Positions 9,744 to 17,472 of a stretch of 42,537 nt of DNA are shown here, piece by piece. Made by a program: the position numbers and the translations under genes. The notes below the pieces were generated by a model, which was given only the letters and a program-made list of their open reading frames with translations, was not told the origin of the DNA and did not search any database. The DNA lies in NCBI GenBank assembly GCA_964372545.1, contig CAYJSZ010000007.1, positions 1-42,537 of the forward strand, read 5' to 3'. The stretch's first letter is position 1. The number at the start of each line of letters is the position of its first letter. The stretch comes from an uncultured Ignavibacteriaceae bacterium (lineage in GTDB: Bacteria > Bacteroidota > Ignavibacteria > UBA10030).

Positions 9744-9808
9744 AGGGACCTCCCATTAGATAGGTGACAAGGGGAAAACGTACAGGAGCCGACTATCTTG
9801 AATTATTG

Positions 9809-10076
9809 ACTGATCTTACGCAAGATTAAATTTTTGCCACGAAGCCACCAAGTCCCGCCTTCACGGTTCCGCTTCTTGGAATCTTCCGTCCCGAACTTTG
9901 TTCGGGACGAGAATGCTCGTCACACCGTGAGGCGTGACGGCACCGCTAACAGCGGAATCCCCGCCTGCCAATATTAGGGTCCAAGGCGGCGGGCAGGCTG
10001 GAAGGCGGGAGATCCCGCTCAATGGCGGGATTCTGGAAAGCGGAACAATGTTCTTCATGGTATGGGTAGCATCAGT
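9809..10076. mobile_element. MITE-like non-autonomous element, copy B (268 bp)
   Basis: Imperfect 14-bp terminal inverted repeats: ACTGATCTTACGCA (9809-9822) and TGGGTAGCATCAGT (10063-10076), 11/14 complementary. Flanked by the direct repeat TATTG (9804-9808 and 10077-10081). Its left end matches the right end of copy A at 29 of 34 nt. Interior is full of GC-rich hairpins and has no credible ORF. Confidence 0.6.
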
Positions 10077-10977
10077 TATTGATATGAAACATCGCTTTCA
10101 TCACATAGCCCGCTATTTCCGGGTTTTCCTTCAACCGACGCACCGAATAGGCGTACCACTTCTCGCCAAACGGAACGTAAACTCGCAACCGGTAGCCTTT
10201 GCGGAGAATGGAATCCCTCAGCTCCTCTCGCACGCCGAGCAACATCTGGAATTCGTAACGATCACGGCTCAATTGATACTTCTCGATCAACTCGTAAGCC
10301 TTTTCGACAACGTACTCATCGTGGGTCGCAATGCCAACGTAACAGCCGCTTTCAAAAATCGCGCGGAGAAGAAGGACGAAGTTGCGTCGGATATCATCCC
10401 GATCGCGGTAGGCAATTTCCGCCGGCTCGATGTAAATGCCTTTGCAGAGCCGGAAGTTCGCCTTCAAACTGGCGAGCGAGCGAATGTCTTCCTCACTCCG
10501 CCGCATATACGTCTGAATCACGATGCCGACGTTATCGAAGCCGGATTCCCGCAGCCGCCGGTACAATGCCAGCGTATCGTCGGTCGTCGAGGAATCCTCC
10601 ATGTCGATTCGGACAAAATTCCCCACCCTCCGCGCCGCCTCAACGATAGCCGAAACATTGCGAAAGCAAAGCTCCCGATCAATGCGAAGACCGAGCTGGC
10701 TCAGTTTCAGGGAAACATTCGAATCCAGTTGTTGGTCGTTGACTGACTGGACAATCTTCAGCCATTCATCTTTGATCGCCGCCGCCTCTGTTTGTTCATG
10801 GACATCTTCACCGAGGAGGTCGAGCGTTGCCATCATGCCGCGAGCATTCAAGGCCTTGATAACGCGAACAGCATCCTGGAGCGACGTACCGGCGATATAA
10901 CGCTTAGAAACTTGCCTCACAAGAGATTTCGGAACATACGGGAGGGTTTTTGCAACAAGAGTATTAAGAAGGGACAT
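10072..10977 (-). CDS. Proline dehydrogenase (monofunctional PutA-type catalytic domain)
   Basis: Family-typical sequence (ATLDLLGEDV..., IRIDMEDS..., VYVPFG). The track start at 11013 is a TTG; the first ATG is at 10977 (MSLLNTLVAK...). Stop codon TGA at 10072-10074 lies inside the MITE TIR. Confidence 0.85.
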   Translation of the reverse strand: MSLLNTLVAKTLPYVPKSLVRQVSKRYIAGTSLQDAVRVIKALNARGMMATLDLLGEDVHEQTEAAAIKDEWLKIVQSVNDQQLDSNVSLKLSQLGLRIDRELCFRNVSAIVEAARRVGNFVRIDMEDSSTTDDTLALYRRLRESGFDNVGIVIQTYMRRSEEDIRSLASLKANFRLCKGIYIEPAEIAYRDRDDIRRNFVLLLRAIFESGCYVGIATHDEYVVEKAYELIEKYQLSRDRYEFQMLLGVREELRDSILRKGYRLRVYVPFGEKWYAYSVRRLKENPEIAGYVMKAMFHINN

Positions 10978-11177
10978 ATCGGTTGTCAGCGTTCGGAGTA
11001 ACGACGGTTGCAAAGCCGGAAAAAGATAGAGAGAGATAGAGTGAAATGCAAGGGAAACTCTGTGCTCCTGCTATGCCACACGAAGACATTTTTCAGAAGT
11101 GAAAAAACGGCGACTGAGATTCCTACGATTAGTAACGACGCACTCTGCGAAGAAGAGAATAAATCGAATCCGGCTTA

Positions 11178-11726
11178 TCAAATCCCAAACAGCATTCGAC
11201 AAATGAAAACAGCCGCCAGCATCCCGACAACATCTGCAATCAAACCGGCAGGCAAGGCGTGTCGGGTGCTCTTGACGTTGACCGATCCAAAATACACCGC
11301 CAGCACGTAGAAGGTCGTCTCCGTGCTGCCGTACATCGTCGATGCGAGCACGCCGATGAACGAATCCGGCCCGTGGGTCTTCATCAGCTCCGTCATGATG
11401 CCGAGCGAGCCGCTGCCGGAGAGCGGTCGCATCATGGCCATCGGCAATGTTTCGGCAGGCATGCCGATGAGATTGGTGACGGGCGTGAGAACTGTCGTGA
11501 GCAGCTCCATCGCTCCGCTTGCGCGGAAAATACCGATAGCCATCAGCATGGCAACGAGGTACGGGATGATACGCACCGCGGTATTGAAGCCGTCTTTCGC
11601 CCCTTCCACGAAGACCTCGTACACTTTGACTTTCTTTGCGATACCCCAGCCGAGGAATACGAACAGGATCAATGGGATCGCAACTATCGAAATGACATTG
11701 ATAACCGCGCGGAAGATTTCAGCCAT
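11178..11726 (-). CDS. SpmB-like nucleoside-recognition (Gate) domain membrane protein
   Basis: 182-aa hydrophobic ORF; ATG with AGGAGA upstream. Lies directly downstream of the SpmA-like gene, as in spmA-spmB pairs. Confidence 0.75.
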   Translation of the reverse strand: MAEIFRAVINVISIVAIPLILFVFLGWGIAKKVKVYEVFVEGAKDGFNTAVRIIPYLVAMLMAIGIFRASGAMELLTTVLTPVTNLIGMPAETLPMAMMRPLSGSGSLGIMTELMKTHGPDSFIGVLASTMYGSTETTFYVLAVYFGSVNVKSTRHALPAGLIADVVGMLAAVFICRMLFGI

Positions 11727-11746
11727 GGCGTGTCTCCTGTTTTTGT

Positions 11747-11795
11747 AGACCTCGGAGGTTTAGCTTCGCACAGACGCGCGAAACCTCCGAGGTCT
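11747..11795 (-). repeat. Perfect 15-bp inverted repeat (hairpin) between the SpmA-like and SpmB-like cistrons
   Basis: AGACCTCGGAGGTTT (11747-11761) and AAACCTCCGAGGTCT (11781-11795) with a 19-nt loop. Sits between the spmA-like stop (11800) and the spmB-like RBS. Confidence 0.7.
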
Positions 11796-11799
11796 TTCT

Positions 11800-12771
11800 C
11801 TAATCGGAATCTTTCTTGTAGCGCGGCAGCTTTTCAAGGATCTTCACGGCAATCAATCCCGCTATCGTCGCACAACCCGCACCGAAGATCGACGTGCCGA
11901 TGATGATGCCGGGGTTCGACGAACCGGCAGCCGCTCGAACAGCGATGGCCGTCGCCGGAATCAAGACCAATCCCGATGTATTGATCACCAGGAATGTACA
12001 CATCGCATTGGTCGCAGTGCCAAGCTTGGGATTGAGCTTATTGAGCTCTTCCATCGCCTTCAAGCCAAACGGCGTTGCGGCATTGCTCAACCCTAACATG
12101 TTGGCGGAGATGTTCATGATCATTGCGCCGATCGCAGGATGGTCTGTGGGAACATCGGGGAAGAGTCGGCGGGAAAGCGGCGCCAGTAGCCCGGTCAGGA
12201 TTTTCACCAATCCGGCCTCTTCCGCTACCTTCATCACGCCCAGCCAGAGCGCCATGATGCCGATGAGGCCGATGGCTATCTCCACAGCGATTTTCGCGTA
12301 ATCAATCGCCGCCTGGGTAATCGCTCTGAGTTTGACGAAGCGAATCGGCTCGAAGACGATCTGGAGCGTGGCGAATTTTCTGTCTTCGCTGAATCGAATG
12401 GACTGAACTCTGCCCGTGAGCTTGTCCTTCGTCGTGGCGTTTTTGGCCATTTCCTTCCAGCGCGCTGGTGTCAATTCGCCGATCGACATGACCAGTACAG
12501 ATTCACCGGACTCAGCAGTCGAAATAACAATTGGCTGCCGAACCTCAGCGGTTGCCTGCTGCACACCATAGAACTCGTTGAATAGTTCCGGAGCAAGAAT
12601 GAGATCGCCTTCCCACGTCGCTCTTAACTCGGTCGGATACTTCTTGATTTCCATCCTCGCTTCAAAGGGAGTTCCGTTGCGGTAGGTGTTCTTGAATTCA
12701 TCGTTCGCGTCGCTGCCAACCGAGACAAGTATCCCTACTGCAACGAGCGACATCCAGATATAGTTGAGCAT
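11800..12771 (-). CDS. SpmA-like nucleoside-recognition domain membrane protein with a ~130-aa inserted hydrophilic domain
   Basis: 323-aa ORF. The N-terminal TM is followed by a soluble insert, then the conserved block GLIGIMALWLGVMKVAEEAGL...DHPAIGAMIMNISANMLGLSNAATPFGLKAMEEL. Confidence 0.75.
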   Translation of the reverse strand: MLNYIWMSLVAVGILVSVGSDANDEFKNTYRNGTPFEARMEIKKYPTELRATWEGDLILAPELFNEFYGVQQATAEVRQPIVISTAESGESVLVMSIGELTPARWKEMAKNATTKDKLTGRVQSIRFSEDRKFATLQIVFEPIRFVKLRAITQAAIDYAKIAVEIAIGLIGIMALWLGVMKVAEEAGLVKILTGLLAPLSRRLFPDVPTDHPAIGAMIMNISANMLGLSNAATPFGLKAMEELNKLNPKLGTATNAMCTFLVINTSGLVLIPATAIAVRAAAGSSNPGIIIGTSIFGAGCATIAGLIAVKILEKLPRYKKDSD

Positions 12772-12814
12772 GGCGTGTGAAATTCGAGATTGGTAAGTGA
12801 TCAGTGATTTGGGA

Positions 12815-14317
12815 TCAGAGTTTGCTCAACGCTAACATCGCTATTGCTCCTGTGACGGCACACATCCAATTTACCGCATCGTTGTTTATCCAGCGATAGC
12901 CGCGCACCAGTGTCGTCGGTGTGTCGCAGTGAGCGGTTTTCTCGGTTGTTCTTCCACACACGCTGCAGCGGTACTGCGCTTGCACTGTGGCGCCAAGAAC
13001 AGTATCTGCCAAACTTCCCAACAATCCTGCCAGCACCACTCCAATCCATAATCTCGAATCTCCAATCCAGCTCATCGCACTCAAGACGATAGCAACGCTT
13101 CCAACAGCCCCACCGATCAGACCCAGCATTGTCACCGCTCCATTCGTGCCGCGCTCCACACTCTTGAACGACGTCACTAACCGCGGCTTGCGTTTCGCCA
13201 ACAAACCGATTTCCGTTCCCCAGGTATCGGCAGTAACCGCAGCGACGGAACCGAGATAGAGCGGATAGAAGTTAACATCACGGATAAGGTAAGAAAGAAG
13301 AACGAGAACGCCCGCAACTCCTCCATTAGCCGCGACCTGGGAGTAATCCCGTATGGCATTCTTCTCAAAAACCGTGTCGAGCGATGCCTTCCGCTCTCGT
13401 CCGACTTTTGATAAGAAACTCGAAAGAAGAAAGAACGTGAGGATCGGCACCGTCCATTGCCAGCCGCCCAAGCCATAAAGCGCCGAGGCCAGCAGGAACG
13501 TCATCACCGCGCCGCTCGGTGCCAGCAATTTCGAGTAATACGAGATCACCCCAACGAACAGCCCGAACACCACACCCAGCGAGAGCTGCTCGTGGTTGAC
13601 GTACGAAGGAAAAATGTAGGTCGACATCACGAAGGCGGAGGATACAGGAACGGTTAAGTTGTCGAGACCGCGGGAGGAAAGCGCTTCCCACGCCGTTGCC
13701 GTCAACGCAGTCGCAAACGCAAGGCCGAGCGCATAATCCAGCGGCAGATTCAGCCTGGCGCCGAAATGATGGATGCCGGCAAACACCGTAATGAAACTGA
13801 CGACGAACATCGTTATAGATCCTTCGACCGATTTTTTATCCGTGGTCAACCTGTAGGCCGTCGATGATCGATTGTTTTCTCCGGTGAACGCTGCAGCGGA
13901 ATCACCAAAGGCGAGCACCAGCATGGACAGGATGAGAATTGCCGGCTCACGATCCCAGAAGAGCAAAACGAGAATCAGATAAGCGACTGGGAAAAACACC
14001 GTGCCGTACGAAACGCGCTCTGTCCCATGCATTCCTTTCAACCTCCGCGAGCGAAGTGTCAAAGAATTCACAAAGATAAAAATAAGGGCAAGGAGGATTG
14101 CAGGAACACCGGAGTGAAAGATGCGAGGAGTGAAGGTCGTGAGCACACCGACGCCGATGTGCACTAATGTTCGCGTGGATTCAGGCGTCCAGCGGAAAAA
14201 CTTGCGAAGGGACTCGGCAAGTCCGATAAAGACCGCGATTCCGAGGAGAACCAAACCACAGTACAGCCAATCGTTCTGGGGCGGTGCGGCGAAGAGGTTT
14301 TGTTCTTGTGCGGTCAT
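12815..14317 (-). CDS. Fusion membrane protein: N-terminal phytol/dolichol-kinase-like (VTE5/CTP-dependent prenol kinase family) and C-terminal DUF92 (VTE6/TMEM19 family)
   Basis: N-terminal half: ESTRTLVHIGVGV, AFGDSAAAFTGE...KKSVEGSITMF, GLDNLTVP. C-terminal half: SKVGRERK...RDYSQVAANGG, AAVTADTWGTEIG, ERGTNGAVTMLGLIGG, GSLADTVLGATVQ. Ends with YRCSVCGRTTEKTAHC. Confidence 0.7.
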   Translation of the reverse strand: MTAQEQNLFAAPPQNDWLYCGLVLLGIAVFIGLAESLRKFFRWTPESTRTLVHIGVGVLTTFTPRIFHSGVPAILLALIFIFVNSLTLRSRRLKGMHGTERVSYGTVFFPVAYLILVLLFWDREPAILILSMLVLAFGDSAAAFTGENNRSSTAYRLTTDKKSVEGSITMFVVSFITVFAGIHHFGARLNLPLDYALGLAFATALTATAWEALSSRGLDNLTVPVSSAFVMSTYIFPSYVNHEQLSLGVVFGLFVGVISYYSKLLAPSGAVMTFLLASALYGLGGWQWTVPILTFFLLSSFLSKVGRERKASLDTVFEKNAIRDYSQVAANGGVAGVLVLLSYLIRDVNFYPLYLGSVAAVTADTWGTEIGLLAKRKPRLVTSFKSVERGTNGAVTMLGLIGGAVGSVAIVLSAMSWIGDSRLWIGVVLAGLLGSLADTVLGATVQAQYRCSVCGRTTEKTAHCDTPTTLVRGYRWINNDAVNWMCAVTGAIAMLALSKL

Positions 14318-14320
14318 CGA

Positions 14321-15373
14321 TCAGACGGGAATGAGCTCGAGTTGTGCGGAGCCTTTCACCAGCGAGTAGACCAGCAGGTCCATGACGAGATGCGGATCGC
14401 GGGAGCTGCTTTTGAGCGTCAGGTCGGCATCGAGGAGCGCACGGAAATTCTGCTCGATATGGTCTTTGCTGAAATTCGTGACAAAGCCGAGATATTGCTT
14501 GACGAAGTACTGTCGGATGCCAAGCTCCGCCGCCATCTCCTGTTCTGAAGCGCGACGCTGCTTCAGCTCTGTAAGCTTGTAGAGTTGCGTGAAGAAGCGC
14601 GTCAACATCACGATCATGAGCTGGGGGCTCTCGCCATATTCCAGCATCCGCTCAAGAATCTGAATCGCCTGACTGATATCCCGCTTCCCGACGGCGTTTT
14701 GTAATTCGAACACGGTGTAGCCCTTTGTCTCGCCAACAACGCCCGCAACGTCTTCCGGCTCGATCTGTTTCTTGTCGCCGACATAAATAAACAGTTTCTC
14801 GATCTCGCTCTGCAACGCGCGCAACGAATTCCCGACGTATGCCTGGAGCAATCGGCACACTTCGGGACTTGACTGCTTGCCAAGCTTGGTGATACGGTCG
14901 GTAATCCACGCGAGGACCTCTCTATCGTAGAACGGCTTGCACTCGATGAGCTCGGCAGATTTTTTCAGGTCGGTGAAGGGTTTCTTGCGGAAGTCCGGGT
15001 TTTCCGCAACAAGAATTAGGGAGGTGGACTCGAGCGGCTTTTTGATGTACGCAGTAAACAACTCCCGTGCAGCTTCCGTTGCTGCGAGTTTCTCCGCCTC
15101 CTTTACCACGACCACGCGGCGCTCGCTCATCATGGGGAAGGACGATGCATGGGCGACGACATCTTGCGCGTCGGCTTGGCTCCCGTACATGACATCAAGA
15201 TTAAAGCCTTTCGTATTCTGGTCGATCGCCTTCTCGACGATCGCCTGCACGCACTCATCGATCAGCAGACCCTCCTCACCGTAGATGAGATAGACCGGCG
15301 AAAAATGCTTTTTTGAAAGCGCCGTATGGAGTTCCCGATACGTCATGAGGTTTTTGTTCTCAAGCGAACGCAT
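14321..15373 (-). CDS. holA: DNA polymerase III subunit delta
   Basis: 350-aa ORF with the HolA-typical N-terminus (HFSPVYLIYGEEGLLIDE). The alternative ATG at 15346 cannot be excluded. Confidence 0.85.
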   Translation of the reverse strand: MRSLENKNLMTYRELHTALSKKHFSPVYLIYGEEGLLIDECVQAIVEKAIDQNTKGFNLDVMYGSQADAQDVVAHASSFPMMSERRVVVVKEAEKLAATEAARELFTAYIKKPLESTSLILVAENPDFRKKPFTDLKKSAELIECKPFYDREVLAWITDRITKLGKQSSPEVCRLLQAYVGNSLRALQSEIEKLFIYVGDKKQIEPEDVAGVVGETKGYTVFELQNAVGKRDISQAIQILERMLEYGESPQLMIVMLTRFFTQLYKLTELKQRRASEQEMAAELGIRQYFVKQYLGFVTNFSKDHIEQNFRALLDADLTLKSSSRDPHLVMDLLVYSLVKGSAQLELIPV

Positions 15374-15433
15374 TCCGATGAGCTACAATCATGCTCGCGA
15401 GCAGTTCGACCCCCTCGTCCCGTTGGGACACGA

Positions 15434-15549
15434 GGCTGTCCAAAATGTAGGTCGAGCAGACTGCTCGACCTACAAAGATGACGGAAATCAGCTTGGAATC
15501 CAGAATCTGAACGTTGACAACACAGCACTTTCGGACTTTTTGGACAGCC
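15434..15549. repeat. 116-bp module bounded by a 12-bp inverted repeat and containing a long perfect hairpin
   Basis: GGCTGTCCAAAA (15434-15445) pairs with TTTTGGACAGCC (15538-15549). No flanking direct repeat seen. Confidence 0.45.
15447..15473 (-). terminator. Candidate terminator hairpin downstream of the NSS/MetS-like unit
   Basis: Palindrome GTAGGTCGAGCAG-A-CTGCTCGACCTAC, followed on the minus strand by ATTTTGG. Confidence 0.4.
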
Positions 15550-15568
15550 TCAAATTTCGCACCTAATC

Positions 15569-15797
15569 ACTGATGTTACGCAGATGGTGAAAATTCTGTC
15601 TCCAAGATGAATGGAGTTGCTGAAACGTACCAAGCGATTGCCACGAGCTTTAGCTCGTGGATCAGGGAATGCCCCTTTTTATGGGGTTTTAACCCAATAC
15701 TCGATGTATCTGTGGGCTAAAGCCCGCCAGATGCTTATGGATTCGTGTTCCACGACCTGAAGGTCGTGGCAATATTTGTATCTTGCGTAACATCAGT
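15569..15797. mobile_element. MITE-like non-autonomous element, copy A (229 bp)
   Basis: Perfect 14-bp TIRs: ACTGATGTTACGCA (15569-15582) and TGCGTAACATCAGT (15784-15797). Flanked by the direct repeat TAATC (15564-15568 and 15798-15802). Interior hairpins at 15641-15660 and 15750-15769. No ORF. Confidence 0.65.
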
Positions 15798-15907
15798 TAA
15801 TCATTTTTCTTTTTTTCCTTGTTGAGCGCGGTCATTAGAACTGCAAGAAAGCCGCCCCACACGGTTCCGACGACGATGATCATGGTCAAAAGTGTCCAGG
15901 TTCCCAT
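15797..15907 (-). CDS. metS: MetS-like small (36-aa) single-TM subunit of an NSS transporter
   Basis: Below the ORF-track size cut-off. ATG at 15907, one nt after the NSS stop (TAG-C-ATG), with GGAGGGAGG just upstream. Product MGTWTLLTMIIVVGTVWGGFLAVLMTALNKEKKKND: one TM helix, a VWGGF motif and a basic tail. Confidence 0.7.
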   Translation of the reverse strand: MGTWTLLTMIIVVGTVWGGFLAVLMTALNKEKKKND

Positions 15908-15908
15908 G

Positions 15909-17429
15909 CTAAGCCTCCCTCCGAGCCAGCCCGTCCCGACCTTCGGTCGGGATCTGGCGGGCGAATGTTTTTCGCACCATCCAACGGTTGAAGCTGATGA
16001 ACAGCACCATCACCACACCCCATTGCAGCAGACAGGTCCCGACGCTGTAGGTGTGGAACGGGTTCCACCATCCCTCCGTGTCGAACGAGAAGATCGCGAG
16101 ATAAAACCACCACGCGATCAGTACAATCACCTGAATCGGTATGAGCCACGAGACGACGACGTTGTACCATCGTCCGACATGAACGTCGCTCCCCTCTCCA
16201 TTGACGGCTTCCTGACGGAACCTATCCACTCCGTGCTTGATGACCGCGAACGAGATGAATCCGCCGCTGATCATCAATCCGATGCCCCACACCCAGTCCT
16301 GATTCTCGAAAAAAGTCAAGCTGATAGCAGAAGGGATACCGAGCAGAAATCCGACCAGGGCAACCATCACCAGCGCACGATTCCGTTGGACACCCATGTC
16401 GATAAAAACCTTTACGGCAAGCTCGATCATCGAAATCAACGACGTCATCGCAGCAAAGGAAAGGCCGAGGAAGAAAATTGTTGAGAAGAAAGACTGGATG
16501 AATGGACCGCCCGGCATTTTTTCAAAGAGTTGCGGCAAGAAAATGAATGCGAGGCCGGTGTTGGTACTTCCCTGGCCTGAGATGAGTTCTTTGACGCCAT
16601 CGCCTGGAGCAAGGGCGAAGACGGTTGAAAAAATCGTGATGCCGGCGAGCAGTGAAACGGAGTTATTGCCGAACGCTGTGAGCGCGGCATTGAGAGAGAT
16701 GTCTTCTTTTGGCCGTGCATAGCAGGCATACGTCAGAATCAGCCCCCACCCCGCGCCGGTATCCCAGGCGTTTTGCGTGAGAGCTGCGAGCCAAACCTTG
16801 TAGTCGAGCAGAGTCTCCATACTCGGTGTGAAGAAGTAGGCGATCCCGTCCCACGCGCCGGGAAGCGTCACTGCGCGAACGGCAAGCGTGAGAAGAATGA
16901 CGAGAAGCGACGGGATCAGGATACGATTCGTGCGTTCGATACCGCTGACGACGCCTTTGTAGATCACGAAAGCGCCAATGAGCATAGCAACCAGATGAAA
17001 GAAAATCGGCTCGTAGCCGGTCGTGAACGAATTCCAAAGCGCAAGATGGTCTTCGGTGGAGACAAGCGAGCCTGAGACAGCGTTGGTAAGGTATTTCATA
17101 CACCACCCCGCTACCACAGAGTAGTAGAACATGATCGCAGTCGCCACAAAACCGACGAACGCTCCCATCCACGCGAACTTTTCACCGGCGAGTTTTGCCA
17201 GCCCGCCGATGGTGCCGTAGCGAGTGTACTTCCCGATGGCAAACTCGGCAATAATCAGCGGCACCGACCAGATCAGCAGGAAAATCACCCACGGGATGAG
17301 GAACGACCCGCCGCCGTTCTGCGCCACGATGCGGGAAAATCGCCAGATGTTGCCCGTCCCCACTGCGATGCCGATGACGGCCAAAATCATTCCCCAGCGC
17401 GAGGTGAAGAATTCTTTCTTGTCTGCCAT
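15909..17429 (-). CDS. Sodium-dependent NSS (SNF) family transporter, MetP-like
   Basis: The track ORF starts at 17504. The ATG at 17429 (GGAG upstream) gives MADKKEFFTSRWGMILAVIGIAVGTGNIWRFS, the canonical NSS N-terminus. Confidence 0.88.
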   Translation of the reverse strand: MADKKEFFTSRWGMILAVIGIAVGTGNIWRFSRIVAQNGGGSFLIPWVIFLLIWSVPLIIAEFAIGKYTRYGTIGGLAKLAGEKFAWMGAFVGFVATAIMFYYSVVAGWCMKYLTNAVSGSLVSTEDHLALWNSFTTGYEPIFFHLVAMLIGAFVIYKGVVSGIERTNRILIPSLLVILLTLAVRAVTLPGAWDGIAYFFTPSMETLLDYKVWLAALTQNAWDTGAGWGLILTYACYARPKEDISLNAALTAFGNNSVSLLAGITIFSTVFALAPGDGVKELISGQGSTNTGLAFIFLPQLFEKMPGGPFIQSFFSTIFFLGLSFAAMTSLISMIELAVKVFIDMGVQRNRALVMVALVGFLLGIPSAISLTFFENQDWVWGIGLMISGGFISFAVIKHGVDRFRQEAVNGEGSDVHVGRWYNVVVSWLIPIQVIVLIAWWFYLAIFSFDTEGWWNPFHTYSVGTCLLQWGVVMVLFISFNRWMVRKTFARQIPTEGRDGLARREA

Positions 17430-17472
17430 GAGCGCTCCGTTGATGGTGAGTGAATTCGTGAGGTGGAGGATT

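Noticed and set aside
9861-10746. ORFs 9861-10058 (minus) and 9934-10746 (plus) inside or overlapping MITE copy B
   Set aside because: The first lies wholly within the hairpin-rich element. The second starts within it and continues antisense to proline dehydrogenase. Both translate palindromes (for example VPNKVRDG) and have no RBS.
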